Part shown: piece by piece, positions 15,010 to 29,053 of the stretch
Numbering within the stretch: position 1 is the stretch's first letter
Layout of the letters: each line of letters begins with the position of its first letter
Source: the human T2T-CHM13v2.0 reference genome, Homo sapiens
Reading direction: 5' to 3' (one strand)
NCBI RefSeq assembly: GCF_009914755.1
Contig: NC_060925.1
DNA length: 64,000 nt
Translations under genes and position numbers: made by a program
Notes under the pieces: generated by a model
Told to the model about the DNA's origin: nothing
Database searches by the model: none
What the model saw: the letters and a program-made list of their open reading frames with translations, nothing else

Positions 15010-16057
15010 ACTATGCCCAGCCAGTTTAGAGTTTTTTTGTTTTCTTAATTTTTATTTTTTGCCGGTACATAGTATGTTTATATAACTTAACTTTTGTTTT
15101 AATCTAAGGCTTCATGTTACAGTTTTGTGAACTACCACATTTATAGGCTCACTTTTCTTTGGAAAAACAGTGGGAAATTCTTAATTTTATTTTTAAGTAG
15201 TCTTCCATTCATCCATGCATGAAATAACTTTCATCCAGTGCAAATAATGGACTTTTTACACTGTTTAGTGTGTTTATAATTTTAAATGAAGACTTTTGCT
15301 AAGTTTAGGCAAGCTTTGTATTGTACAAGTAGAGCTGCTCTGAGTCTTAATAGACTGTGTACTCATTGGAAAGATATACACAAGTTTATAACAGCTCTTG
15401 TCATGAAAGTGTGCTATTTTAGTGTTTGTAACCTTGTATTGACTTACACAAATTATTTCCGTCATTTCCTCACCAACATCACCTCCTGAGATCTCCACTG
15501 AAACACCACCTTCTCAGTGTTACCTTTCATTGACACTTTATCTAAAATGTTGTTCCTCTCCAATATTTTATATTATCTTTTTATTTTTAAATAAAGTTCT
15601 ATCCTTAGAACTTTCCCAATTTTCCAATTTACTGTGTATTATGCTTGCATATCTTTCTTGATCTGTCTTTCCCTCTAGAAAGTAAGTTTTGTGTGGACAA
15701 TAATTTCTATTTTTTCAATACTGTATTTCTAGTGCCTACCACAAGGCCTAGAAAATAGTGTACATTGAATAAATGTTTGTTGAATGAGTGCATTTTGTCA
15801 CTAATGTGCCAGAAGCACTCATTTTATTTCAAGGTAAAATTTGACTGTATGGTTATGTGTAGGTTGCGTAGTATCATGAATTTGTATCAGAGAATGTAGC
15901 ATTAAAATCTGTTTTTTAAAAATCTTTGTGTTAAATTTGAAGTTTTAGTCTTCAAGTAACCTCATTTTTTAAAAGATTTCAGATAGAAATCTGGCATATA
16001 AAAACCTTTAAGCAGTGCTACTTCAGTTAGGATATTAAAGTCCATTTTTTTGTACAG

Positions 16058-16120
16058 GTGCAAGTGGCATGAAGAAAATGATATTCTCTTCTGTGCTTTA
16101 GCTGTTTGCAAGAAGATTGC
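16058..16120 (+). CDS. MAEL: MAEL exon 9 (Cys/His zinc ligands of the ECHC motif)
   Basis: tttttgtacag|G TGC AAG TGG CAT: (R)CKWHEENDILFCALAVCKKI-GC|gtaagt; 63 bp, phase 2 to 2. Confidence 0.96.
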
Positions 16121-16249
16121 GTAAGTTGGGGAAAGGAGTTTCTTCATAATACTGTATTCTGATTAAATTATTCTGTGCCGTTTTGCTTGCTATAGCTTTG
16201 GCAATCGGGGTAACTCTGTTTCCACAATGCTCTTTCAAAACAAAGGGGG

Positions 16250-17130
16250 TCAAATCAAAACTACAGTGAGATATTATCTCACCCTGGTTTAAAATGGCTT
16301 ATATCCAAAAGACAGGCAATAATAAATGCTGGTAAGGTTGTGGAGAAAAGGGAACCCTCATACACTGTTGGTGGGATGTAAGTTAATATAACCACTATGG
16401 GGAACAGTTTGGACGTTCTCCAAAAAACTAAAAATAGAGCTACCGTTATGATCCAGCACTTCTACTGCTGGGTATATCCCCAAAGAAACGAAATACATTG
16501 AAGAAATATCTACACTCCCATGTTTGTTGCAGCATTGTTTACAATAGCCAAGATTTGGAAGCAACCTAAGTATCCATCAGCAGATGAATGGATAAAGAAA
16601 ATGTGGTACTTATACACAATAGAGTACTATTCAGCCATTAAAAAAATGAGATTCAGTCATTTGCAACAACATAGATGGAACTAGAGGTCATTATGTTAAG
16701 TGAAATAAGCCAGGCACAGGAAAATAAACATCTCATGTGCTCACTTATTTGTGGAATCTAAAAATCAAAACAATTGAACCCATGGAGATAGAGAGTAGAA
16801 GGAATGATTACTAGAGGCTAGGAAGGGTACTAGAGGGGTGAGGGGGAAGTGAAGATTGTTAATTAGTACAAAAAATGGTTTGAATGAATAAGGCCTAGTA
16901 TTTGATAGCACAACAGAGTGACTATAGTCAATAATAATTTAATTGTACATTTGAAAATAACTAAAAGAGAATCATTGGATTGTTTATAATACAAAGGATG
17001 AATACTTGAATGGATGGATATACCACCTTCCATGATGCGATTACTACACATTGCATGCTTGTATCAAAACATCTTATGTACCCCATAAATATATGCACCT
17101 ACTATGTACTCATAAAAAATAAAAATAAAG
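16250..17130 (+). mobile_element. L1MA-type 3' fragment
   Basis: caaatcaaaactacagtgagatattatctcacc... through to an A-rich end. Confidence 0.85.
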
Positions 17131-17662
17131 GTGGTTTTGTACATCATATTACTTTTATTTTCTATCCATGTCACCTCTCCTAGCAATATGGGTGAACCTT
17201 CAGAACCACTTCCTTATTGGGGTACTCTAACACATAGGTCTTTTGTTCTCGTTTTGTAGTGAAAGTACCGGGAGCCCCAGATAACCTGGGTGCTCTGGTA
17301 GCCCAGTGGGTGATATTAGTTCACAGGATAGATTAGTGTTTATGGTTGTAGTGTTATTTCTGCCGCTGCCCTCTCCTTGCCTTAAACATTTGGGAATCCT
17401 GGTAATCTTTATCTTCATTGCCATGCCCTTAAAATGAACCTAAAATTTTATCTGGCAATCAAAAGATTGCTTAGCAGTAATAACCTGTTTTATTATATGT
17501 ATTGCTATTTATTTATATGTCTTCTCTGAATCTCCAAATTTATTTTTTCCCAGTTTATAACAGTACCTCAGATGCTTTCTTTTTGTTAGAGATTTTAAAA
17601 TACAAATACTTTTAGTTGAATTAAATTAGATTCTGATAGTGAGATTTTTATTTCTTTTAAAG

Positions 17663-17795
17663 GTACTGCATCAGTAATTCTCTGGCCACTCTCTTTGGAA
17701 TCCAGCTCACAGAGGCTCATGTACCACTACAAGATTATGAGGCCAGCAATAGTGTGACACCCAAAATGGTTGTATTGGATGCAGGGCGTTACCAG
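17663..17795 (+). CDS. MAEL: MAEL exon 10
   Basis: ttttaaag|G TAC: (A)YCISNSLATLFGIQLTEAHVPLQDYEASNSVTPKMVVLDAGRYQ|gtaagg; 133 bp, phase 2 to 0. Confidence 0.96.
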
Positions 17796-18922
17796 GTAAG
17801 GAACTGACTTTTAAGAGCTGCTGGTCTCTTTAGCTGTTCTACTCAATGTGATTCTGGCCAACAGAAACAAAAGATCAGCCTTTGTTTGGTTCTTTCCCTC
17901 CCCTTAAACATTATTTTGAAGTACTTCATGGAATGTCAAACAGTTCCTAATCCAGTTGTGTCTTGTGTAAAATTCTTTTTTCTCTGGTATATTTCCTACC
18001 AATTTAACAAAGTTTTAAGAAAGTTAAAACTGGTATTTAATCTTTATGTAAAACATTTCCAAAGATTTATTCCAAAAATTAAATATCTGAATGTAAGTAA
18101 TATAAATATTCTAAACATCTACCTCAAAAATATTTAAGACCTGATTTAGGATTTGATTAAAAGCTATCTAATTTCTCTACCACCTTCCTTCCCTCCCTGC
18201 CGTTTACTTATTAGTAGGCCTCTAAACCACTAAGTGCATAGCAGTTAAGAGTATGGGCTCTAGGGTCAGAATTCCTGAATTTTATTTTAGGTTCTGCTAC
18301 ATACAAGTTTTGTGACTTTATGCACAATACTTGAACTGTCTGTACTAATTTTTTATGTATTAAACAAGAACAATAATAGGGGCTAGTATTTGTTAGGATT
18401 AAATGCAGCAATATATGACAGTACCAAGGCCTCCCTGCCTTAGAGCTTAATAGATAATAAATGTTGTTATTTTAAAATAAACACTTACTGAAAAGGAAAC
18501 TCAAAAAATGGCATGAACTACTGATGAAAACAGCTAGATTCATCCTAGTTAATTATGCTGAACAAAAGAAGCAGTCTCCAAAATTACGTACTTTAGAATA
18601 TACTGTATGATTCCATTCATATGACATTTTTTTGAAGACTAAACTATAACAAGAACAAATTAGTGGTTCCCAGGAGTTAGGGGTGGGAACAGGGTGTCTG
18701 TAAAGGGATTGAGCATGAGAGAGGTTTTTGAGGTGATAGAATGGCTCTGTATCCTGATTGTGGTGTTTACACAATTCTGTACATACATTAAACTTCATAG
18801 ATGTGTACACCAAAAAAAGTTTTACTGTATGATAATTTAAAAATAAAAACGGAAGGACTTCAGAGCTCTCCATATGTACTCTGGGCAAGACCCTTCTCTA
18901 CCCTCCCTTTAAACCTTTTGCC

Positions 18923-19133
18923 CAGTGGTTCTCGACTCCATTTGTGTCCTCCATGGGACATCTGACAAAGCCTGGGGACATTTTTGGTTGTCACATCTGG
19001 GGAGGGGGTGCCCCTGGCATTTAGTGGATAAAGGCCAGGAATGCTGTTAAGCACTCTATCTATACAGGACAGCCTTCCACAACAAAGCATTTTCCAGCCT
19101 AAAATATCATTAGTGCCCAGGTTGAGAAACCCT
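18923..19133. mobile_element. MER20 (hAT-Charlie MITE)
   Basis: cagtggttctc...gacatttttggttgtcac...ggttgagaaaccct. Confidence 0.8.
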
Positions 19134-19299
19134 ACCTTAGCTTCATCACCACTATCTGTGTTCACATCATCAGAATTAATCTCAATAATGTGCCTTTTCA
19201 TTGTTTATATCAGTTACTATAGGAAGCCTAGGACTCTCAGATTCTCTCTCATCTCCCAGACTCACCTTATTTGGCTGGTCCTATTTCCCAGCCCTTCCC

Positions 19300-20800
19300 A
19301 ACTCCTGAGAAACCTTCCTGTGGGTTTTCTCAGCCTTAGTTATCAGCAAAATTTCAGGTATCTTCAGTTTCTTTGGGGCAAAGTCTATTTACCTTCTTGG
19401 TTCTAACTAAAACTTGACCCTCCTCTAAGGACACTGCTTCTCTATTAACCTTTTCAAATGGTGACATCTTTTGCTTCTTCATGTGTCATAGGGCCTAGAT
19501 TTGAAGTAGTTGTCCTTGATCGTGGCCTCCAGACTTCTTTATATAGTCTCCCCAAAATTCCTAGGCATTGAATTTCCTGTTATCCAGGATGTAGTACCTT
19601 TTTGGAGTCAGTAGACTCCAAATGGCCTCTTTTTGGAGTCAGTAGACTCCTGAGTTGGTTCCCCTCATTCTTAGAGCAACACCAATCCAGAAAACTGGTT
19701 TTTCCATCAGAATTATTTATTTCAATTTCCCTACACATAGTCCTTCCAGCTGCCTAACCTCTCAGTTTGATTTCCTCTCCTTCAATAATCTTGTCTTCTA
19801 CCTAACAATCATATCCTGGACCCCAGTGGTACCTCCTTCATAATCTCAATTTCAAACATCCCCCTCTCAGACTACCACCATCTTCTACTACCCCTGTGCT
19901 AACAATTATTTAGTCTCTACTGGGATATACAATTCATTTATGCCTCCACTGTTTTATACTCCCTTACAGGGCCACTTCATTGCACAACTCCAGGACACCA
20001 TTCACACTAGTAATGCTGTAGACTCATGTCTCCTCCTTTACCACCTTTGTCTCTACTCTTCACCTCCTTCCTTCCCAACTCAGATTCCTTGGCCTATCTT
20101 TTCCACTGCCTTGCATGCACTGTCAACTCCATTGGCCCTCTTTTTTTCCTCATACTTGACAGATACTAACCCTGATTACATGTAACTCTTCACCTACTCT
20201 CCTCCTATGCCTGTGACACTAAATGCGGCTGGAAAGGAACTACCACGCTGACCGATCTTACTGACTATTCATCACCACCAACTTCAAGGGGCCTTTATTG
20301 TTGCCTGACATACCCATTTCTCTAGTCTGATTAATTTCCTACTCTCCTAGACAGTTATTTCTCACCACCTTTTTCCTTCAGATTTCATCATCTCTTCCCT
20401 CACCTTTGCTCTAGCTGATTCCTTTGCCTCCTACTTCTCTGAGAAAATAGAAACAGTTGGGAGAGATTTTCTACATATTCCTACCACTCATCTACGTGCA
20501 TCTACCATATTCTCTGCTTTACTCCTATTTTAATGAATGAATTTTCTGTGTTCCTATCTAAAACCAATCTGTCTGCTTGTATATTAGATTTCCTTCCCTT
20601 ACCACTCAAGGACATGGCTTCAGTAATTTTCCCCTCCTGTATCATCAGGGATTCCCTCTGTTCTAATTCATTATCAGCAAACGTGCTATAATCTCACTTT
20701 TAAAAAAAAAGGCAAACCCTTTTTTGCCCTATACTTCGTAATCTCCCTCCAAAGTCTATCCTATTTTCTCCCCCTTTGCAGCAAAAATTGATAAGACATT
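19300..20800. mobile_element. L2 fragments
   Basis: C/T-rich L2-like text (cctacttctctgagaaaatagaa...). Confidence 0.55.
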
Positions 20801-20920
20801 GGAAAAGTATTTGAGTGTTAGTTTGCATTTTTAAAGAGTAATATGAAATTGAAGACAGACCATCCAGTAATGAATAAGAAATAAACATTTTTCCCCCTGG
20901 TATTTTCCTGTTACTTACAG

Positions 20921-20996
20921 AAGCTAAGGGTTGGGAGTTCAGGATTCTCTCATTTCAACTCTTCTAATGAGGAACAAAGATCAAACACACCCATTG
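20921..20996 (+). CDS. MAEL: MAEL exon 11
   Basis: ttacttacag|KLRVGSSGFSHFNSSNEEQRSNTPI-G|gtaagc; 76 bp, phase 0 to 1. Confidence 0.95.
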
Positions 20997-21503
20997 GTAA
21001 GCAACTTATATTTTACAAAAATGCACCTAAAGGATGTTAGAGCCTATTACTAAGATCCCAGGTGTGGTATTTAAACAGTGATATCTAAATTAGCTTTAGG
21101 ATATAAGAAGCTTGTTGAATTGAGGGTTTTATTTGGCATTAGCACCTTAAACAATTTAGATGTGTACATTTTTGGGTCACTTGGATACATTGTAACTTCT
21201 CAGAATTTGTTAGGGCATTTAAAAGAAAACCTGTTTTTCTTGTAGCAGCAATAGCTTTATAGTTTTGATTTTAATGGTATCTTTTGTGGGGTGAGAAACT
21301 TTAAAAGCTAGTGACATGAAATTTCAAGTGGTACCTAAAGAACTTCAATTAAAAGTTTCCTGGGCTAAAAACAAAAACATTTTTCTGTTGAATTATGGCT
21401 TAGTGAAAGGCCTACAGTAGGATGAGTCAGTTAATTGAGGCATCTCTTTGTAATAAAATTATAAAATTGCTATATCTCTTTTCTTGTATTTTCAATATCC
21501 TAG

Positions 21504-21691
21504 GTGACTACCCATCTAGGGCAAAAATTTCTGGCCAAAACAGCAGCGTTCGGGGAAGAGGAATTACCCGCTTACTAGAGAGCATTTCCAATTCTTCCAG
21601 CAATATCCACAAATTCTCCAACTGTGACACTTCACTCTCACCTTACATGTCCCAAAAAGATGGATACAAATCTTTCTCTTCCTTATCTTAA
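21504..21691 (+). CDS. MAEL: MAEL last exon, coding part
   Basis: atcctag|GT GAC TAC: (G)DYPSRAKISGQNSSVRGRGITRLLESISNSSSNIHKFSNCDTSLSPYMSQKDGYKSFSSLS-TAA; matches the MAEL C-terminus. Confidence 0.97.
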
Positions 21692-22040
21692 TGATGGTAC
21701 TCTTTTCAATTTCTGAAAACAGTAACAGGCCCAACTTCCTTCTTACTACAGTCATATTAAACAGATCACATCAATGACAAATGTCACTACTATAAAAACT
21801 ACTTAATTTGTAAGGAAATTGTTTCATAGATTTAAAAAAATTGTGGTTGGAGAGCATCTTGGCATTTGTGCTTTTTTTCTTGAGGGATTGTTCTGCTTCC
21901 TGGCTGTATGATGGGTATATCATTAAAGTTTGGAGTCCTATATGAACAAAACTGACATTTTTAGAGTTGTACTTTTGGGAATGTTATAGATTGATCATTC
22001 TTTCTCCTGATAATAAAGGTATTGAATATCTGTTATGAAA
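21692..22040 (+). other. MAEL: MAEL 3' UTR with AATAAA at 22012-22017 (end approximate)
   Basis: AT-rich sequence after the stop codon, canonical hexamer, and T/GT-rich sequence downstream. Confidence 0.75.
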
Positions 22041-22977
22041 GGTTCTAAAATAGTGTTAATCTGTTTCTTCCTGTCATGAAATGGGAACCTTACACTGGAG
22101 ACCTGCAGGCTGTCTTTATTGCAAATAACTAAGAAAATTAGCCTTTAACAGACACAGAATTTTGCTACCTTAAAAAGTTTTTGAAATATACTTACTTTGG
22201 CAAAAGAAGGCACTTGAAAGATGCGAAGGCAAAATTAGAAAGGTTAAGTAATTTACCCTAAATCACATCACATGGCTAGATATTGAATGAATTTCTCATC
22301 CATTGGACTGCAAAGCAAGCAGGTATTATATTGAGTCAGGTGTTCACTCTGTGACTGACTTAAACTGGCTTATGTTCTCAACCTGGGGTAATATATAACC
22401 TAGGATGAGTAAAACAGGTATGGTAACCCCTTTTACTTTAAACCACAAGCCAAGACCACACATGACATTGACAGAGGCAACAATTTGGTTTAAGTCTGTC
22501 TCACTCCAAACTCTGGTCCCTCTGATTACAGAGAATGACTGTCCTGGGCCTCTGGTTTTTATTAATACCCATATTTTCCTTTACTAACTGTTGAGTACCT
22601 ACCTTGTGGATGTTTTATATGTGTCATCTTATTAAATCCTTATTACCACTCTGAAGGAGGCGATACATGTTAGAGACCAAAAAATGCTCAGGTCACATAG
22701 CTCCTAACTGAAGGAACTGTTGTTATTCCAAGTCAGTCTGACTCCAAAGACCATGTTCCTTTTTTTTTAATTGGCTGACCTTTTGTATAGATCATGTTCC
22801 TAATGCACTATATTGTCCTCCATCTCGCATTCATCTGTTTCTGATACCAGATCTTTGAACGAGAACAATTCATAGACTAAATTTATATGTTATATTTTCT
22901 AGTAGTATATTTGTCTTTAAAAACTTCATATCCGAGCTTTGAAACCATTGTGTCTTTCTTAAAAATCAACTTCTTCA

Positions 22978-23265
22978 GAGGGTGGTGGCTCACACCTTTA
23001 ATCCCACCAGTTTGGGAAGCTGAGGCAGCAGGATCACTTGAGGACAGGAGTTTGAGACCAGCTGAGGCATAATAGCAAAACCCCAGCTCTACAACAAGTT
23101 AAAAAGTTAGCCAGGCATGTTGGCGCATGCCTGTAGTCCTAGCTGCTAGGGAGGCTGAGGTAGGAGGATCACTTTAGTCCAGGAGTTCAAGGCTGCATTG
23201 AGCTGTGATCATGCCATTGCACTCTAGCCTGGGTAACAGGGCAAGACCCTGCCTCTACAAAACTA
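22978..23265 (+). mobile_element. Alu (J-type)
   Basis: Diverged sense dimer. Confidence 0.88.
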
Positions 23266-24300
23266 ATAATAATAACTTTGAAAAACTCAGCTTATTAATA
23301 ATTGGATGGAGAAGATGAGGAAGGTCTAAATATTCAGACTCATGACTTCAGATGCCTAAGTCTTGTTCTCTGTCACCTGAATTCAGTCCTCTGTGAATTG
23401 TTCAAGTTAATTTTTTAATTTAAATAATAGTATTGGTTGTACTTTTGAGGTATATGTCAAATAATGAAAACAATTCAATAGGCCCCAGGGATTTATTTTA
23501 AGAGAACAGCTGGTCTTTCCCTTCAAAGATAATCAAAATTCCCAAACCATATTATTAGTAAAATTCAAACCCTGTCTCCTCTTTAAAAAAAAAAACCTTT
23601 TGGCATTGAATTTGAAGTATTAATTGCCCTTCAGGAAGACTAGGTGAGCGATTGGTATACTCATGGATATCCTGGTTGACAGTGATTTCTGCCCCCTCTA
23701 ACTCCAGTAGTATTTCCTTTTTATTATAACATTTAACTGTTTTTAATTACAGCTATTTTGGTTCATGACATCTCTTTTTCTCAATTGCAAACTTTGTGGT
23801 GCCCATATTTCTATATGAGAAGGTGTTCACTACATGTTAGAATCAATAATTGCCAATTTGAGTAATGGAGAAGGGATGTCAGAATTTCAAAGCCACTTCA
23901 TAAGGTAAAGTACTACATGGGAAAGGGAACCATCTTTATTGTAGACTCCATTCCCATTCTTTTCCTCAAAACTAAGTGGTTAGTTTGATTTGTTCAATGA
24001 ACATGTTGTGAGAGTCTGTTAAATGCTGAGTTAAAAATACTAAGATGAATAAAGATGTGGCTCCTGATCTCAAGGAACTCACAGTTTAATGGGGGAAGTA
24101 AACAATTACAGTGCATTAATAAAAGTGGTCTTAAGTATGAGGACAGATGTATGTAAATCATTGGAATAGAATTGAGAGTCTATTCCAGAAATAAACTCAT
24201 GTATCTGTGCCAAGACCATTCAATGGAGGGAAGAATAGTCTTTAAAACAGATGGTTCTAGGGCAACTGGATATCCACATGCAAAATAATGAATTTAGATA

Positions 24301-24689
24301 TGCTATGGTTTGAATGATGATGTCCCTTCAAAATTCATGTTGAAACTTAATCCCCAGTGCTACAGTATTAAGAGGTGTAGCCTTTTGGAGGCCTTCGAGC
24401 AGAGCCTTCATGAATGGATCAGCACCCTTGTAAAAAGGCTCAAGGTTGAAGGAAGCACACTCTTGTTCTTCTGTCCCTTCCACCATGTGGGGACACAGTG
24501 TTCCCTCCAAAGGATGCAGCAACAACGTGCCATCTTGGAAGCAGAGAGCAGCCCTCACCAGATACCAATTCTGCCACCACCTTCATCTTGAATTTCCCAA
24601 TCTCTAGAACCATGGGAAATAAATTTCAGTTCTTTATAAATTATTCAGTCTCACGTATTTTGTTATAGCAGTACAAATGGACTGAGACA
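24301..24689 (+). mobile_element. MaLR solo LTR (MST-like) nested in an old L1
   Basis: tgctatggtttgaatg...tgttatagcagtacaaatggactgagaca; L1 ORF2-like text on both sides. Confidence 0.85.
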
Positions 24690-25790
24690 GGGACCCTACC
24701 TAACACAAAAATTAGTTCAAAATGGATTAAAGACCTAATGTAAGAGCTAAAATTATGCAACTGTTAGAGGAAGAAAATACAAGTGTAAATCTTCATGACC
24801 TTAGATGAGGAAACAGTCTCTTAATAGGACACCAAAAGAACAAACAAGAAAAAATAATTTGGAATATATCAAAACTAAGTCCTAAAAAGCAGACTTGTGT
24901 GTTAAAAGATACTATCAAGAAAGTGAAAAAGACAACACACAGAATGGGAGAAAGTATTTACAAATCATTTATCTGATAAAGGTCTAGTATACAGAGTAAT
25001 AAAGAACTCTTAACAATAAAAAAGACGACCCGGTTTCTAAATAGGCAAAAGATTTGAAAAGATATTTCAAATATCTGTTCCAAAGAAGAAATACAAATGG
25101 CCAATAAGCATACAAAAAGATGTGCAACATCATTAATCATTAGCATATGCATATCAAAACAAAAAAGATACTACTTCATACTCACTAGGATGACTATCAT
25201 CAAAAAAAGGAAAACAAGTGTTGGTAAGGATGTAAAGAAATTGGAACCCTCATACATTGCTGGTGGGAATATAAATGGTACAGCTGCTATGGAAAACAAT
25301 TTGGCAATTCCTAAAAAAATTCAATACAGAGTGACCATATGATCCAGCAATTCCATTTCTGTGCATGTTTCTACAGAAACTTGCACATGACTGTTCATAG
25401 CAGGATTACTTGTAATAGCCCCAAAATGGATACAACCCAAATAGCCATGAACTGATAAATGAGTAAACAAGAAGTGGTATATCTACACAATGGAATATTA
25501 TTCAGCCATAAAAGAGAATGAAATCATGTCATTTGCAGCAACATGAATGGAACTGGAGGCCATTAAGTGAAATAAGCCAAACACAGACAAATACTGCATG
25601 TTCCCACTCGTGGAAGCTAAAAAAGCAGATCTGATGAAGATAGTAGATTTGTGGTTACCATAGGCCAGGAAGGGGAAGGGCATGGGGGACATGAAGGAGC
25701 AAAAGGAATATAAATGTATTTATTACCACTGAACTGTACACTTATGGTAAAGATGGTAAATTGCGTATGTCTATTTTACCTCAGTAAAAA
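24690..25790 (+). mobile_element. Old L1 (L1MA/MB) 3' region
   Basis: ORF2-like peptide MANKHTKRCATSLII..KLEPSYIAGGN. Confidence 0.8.
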
Positions 25791-26070
25791 ATATAGACTG
25801 GGTAGGAAGATGAATAAATTATCAAGATTACTAGATCAATGAATTGGAGGTAAGATTGAAGGATAGATAAGAGATTTTGTGGTACCAGGAGGAGTGAGCT
25901 AGAAAGACAGGAGATTGGTGGTCAGAGAGTGCAATGCATGAAATTAAGATTATAGAAGGTCACAGTTAATGACAGTGAGATAACCGGGGTATTGTTTTAT
26001 GAATGAGTTCCTGAGGGAGGTAGAGAACAAGATGGTTGGAGGAGAGGCATTTAAGGAACTGAGAAGTCAG

Positions 26071-27412
26071 CAGTGAAACAGAATAGAGAATCCAGAAATA
26101 AACCCAAATACTTACAGCCAACTGATCTTTGACAAAGCAAACAAAAACGTAAAGTGGGAAAAGGACACCCTATTCAACAAATGGTGCTGGGATAATTGGC
26201 AAGCCACATGTAGGGGAATTAAACTGGATCCTCATCTCTCACTTTTTACAAAAATCAACTCAAGATGGATCAAGGACTTAAATCTAAGACCTGAAACTAT
26301 AAAAATTCTAGAAGAGAACATTGGAAAAACCCTTCTAGATACTGGCTTAGGCAAGGATTTCATGACCAAGAACCCAAAAGCAAATGCAATAAAAACAAAG
26401 ATAAATAGCTGGGAATTAAACTAAAGAGCTTTTGCATGGCAAAAGGAACAGTCAGCAGAGTAAACACAGAGTGGGAGAAAATCTTCACCATCTATACATC
26501 TGACAAAGGACTAATTTCCAGAATCTACAACAAACTCAAATTAGCAAGAAAAAAAATCCCATCAAAAAGTGGTCTAAGGACATGAATAGACAATTCTCAA
26601 AAGAAGATATACAAATGGCCAACAAATATATGAAAAAATGCTCAACATCACTAATGATCAGGGAAATACAAATCAAAACCATAATGTTATATACCACCTT
26701 ACTCCTGCAAGAATGGCCATAATCAAAAAACCAAAAAATAATAGATGTTGGCATGGATGCAGTGAACAGGGAACACTTCTACACTGCTGGTGGGAATGTA
26801 AACTAGTACAACCACTATGGAAAACAGTGTGGAGATTCCTTAAAGAACTAAAAGTAGAACTACCACTTGATCCAGCAATCCCACTACTGGCTTTCTACCC
26901 AGAGGAAAAGAAGTCATTATACAAAAAAGATACTTGCACACTCATGTTTATAGCAGCATAATTCACAATTGCAAAAATGTGGAACTAACCCAAATGCCCA
27001 TAATCAACAAGTGGATAAAGAAACTGTGGTGTATATATATACAATGGAATACTCAGCCATAAAAAGGAATGAATTAATAATGGCATTTGCAGTGACCTGG
27101 ATGAGATTGGAGACTACTATTCTAAGTGAAGTAACTCAGGAATGGAAAACCAAACATCATATGTTCTCACTAATAAGTGGGAGCTAAGCTGTGAGGATGC
27201 AAAGGTGTAAGAATGACACAATGCACTTTGGGGAGTCAGGGGGAAAGGGTGGGAAGGGGGTGATAGATAAAAGACTACAAACTGTGTGCAGTATATTCTG
27301 CTCGGGTGATGGGTGCACCAAAATCTCACAGATCACCACTAAAGAATTTACTCATGTAACCAAACACCACCTTCTCCCAATAACCTATGGAAATAAAAAA
27401 AATTTTTTTTCT
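26071..27412 (+). mobile_element. L1PB-type 3' fragment
   Basis: ORF2 C-terminus ([26 protein letters not shown]); diverged TSD aaggaactgagaagtcag / aaagaaatgagaggtcag. Confidence 0.88.
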
Positions 27413-27810
27413 AAAGAAATGAGAGGTCAGGATGTTGGAAGAATCATCTCCATATACATTGAAATTACCAGTAATTAAGACTTGGAGAGAGTGGTAGTAT
27501 CCCAGGAGCCAAAATTATTGAGAAAATGGAGGGTGGAGGTGGGGTTAACCCAAGGGTTGATAGGTGACATCAAAATGAGGGTGATAGGTGTTAAAATCTG
27601 ATGACATGAAAATCAAAGCCGAGAGTTTTAGAGAGAAGGAAGATAGAAAGTAACAGTGAGAAACAAGGAGGCACTATCTCACCTCCAGGTCCAGTGGTAA
27701 CAGAGGTATGAGAAAGAAAAATAGCCAGTACTTGAGAAGGCTACAAGGGAATACTGCTCTCAGGAAAGAGCCAGATTTAAGTTTTAGCAAGGAAATGAAG
27801 GGAGAAATCA

Positions 27811-28158
<348 letters not shown>

Positions 28159-29053
28159 TTAAAGCAGTTTTGCTGATAATGAACCATAAGTTGTAGGGGG
28201 TATGGTAGAAGGGTTCAGGAATTGGTGAGGAGAAGAGACTGCAGTAGAGATGTACAGAACCTTAGGGAGATTTGGGTGTGGGAGATGAGCAGTGACTTAG
28301 GAGTCTGGTAGTTCTTGTAGTAACTGATATAAACAAGGATAAAGAACATAAGAAAGTTGGTCCTGGTGGAGTCAAAGCAGATAGGGATGGGAAGGTTACG
28401 ATTGTTAGCAGACTAGGAGTTCCTGTGACTCTTCACTCATGACAATGAGATTAAAGAGGATATGGGAGTTGAGCTCCTAGAAGCAGTACACTAGTTCAAG
28501 TAGACCTCTTTTGAGTGAGTGGTCATCACTCTAAGCATGTCTGCCTCATTTTGACCCCTGTAGATGGACTGAAGGAATTTTAAGGAAGCTTAGAAGTTGG
28601 GAAGGGATGGCCTGGGAGTTGGGGGTAGGTGCAAATAGCACTGCTATCATTAGTCTGAGCCTAGGGTCAGCAGCAAAGTAGAGAGCCTGAGCCTAAGACT
28701 TCTGCCTCTCAGGGAGGTGAAATTGTATCAGGTTGGTGGCAACCCTTGGACACTGTCAGAAACAGGTTACAATCCTCTCTTAAGAAATGTTTGTCCATTT
28801 TCGTTTCCCAGGATTCCTACAAATCAAAATCAAGCAGTAAGCTCATTAAACAAAGCCTTAAAAAAGGTGACACACTGTGAGAGTAGAATCAGCAAGTAAC
28901 AGTTACCCACTGCTGATACTGAAATTGTCAGACGTAGAAAATAAAAGAGCTATGCATGAAATGTTTACATAAAAGACTCATTCACAAAGAAGCGCAAGCA
29001 GATGTATTTGAAGAACAAGAAACAAAAGGAACTTCCAGAAATAAAACAAATTA

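Noticed and set aside
21422-21503. In-frame ATG extension upstream of the MAEL last exon
   Set aside because: Lies in intron 11 and reads through the pyrimidine tract; there is a clean acceptor at 21503.
26638-26961. 107-aa ORF with an L1 ORF2 C-terminal motif
   Set aside because: Fragment of a 5'-truncated, frameshifted L1PB copy.
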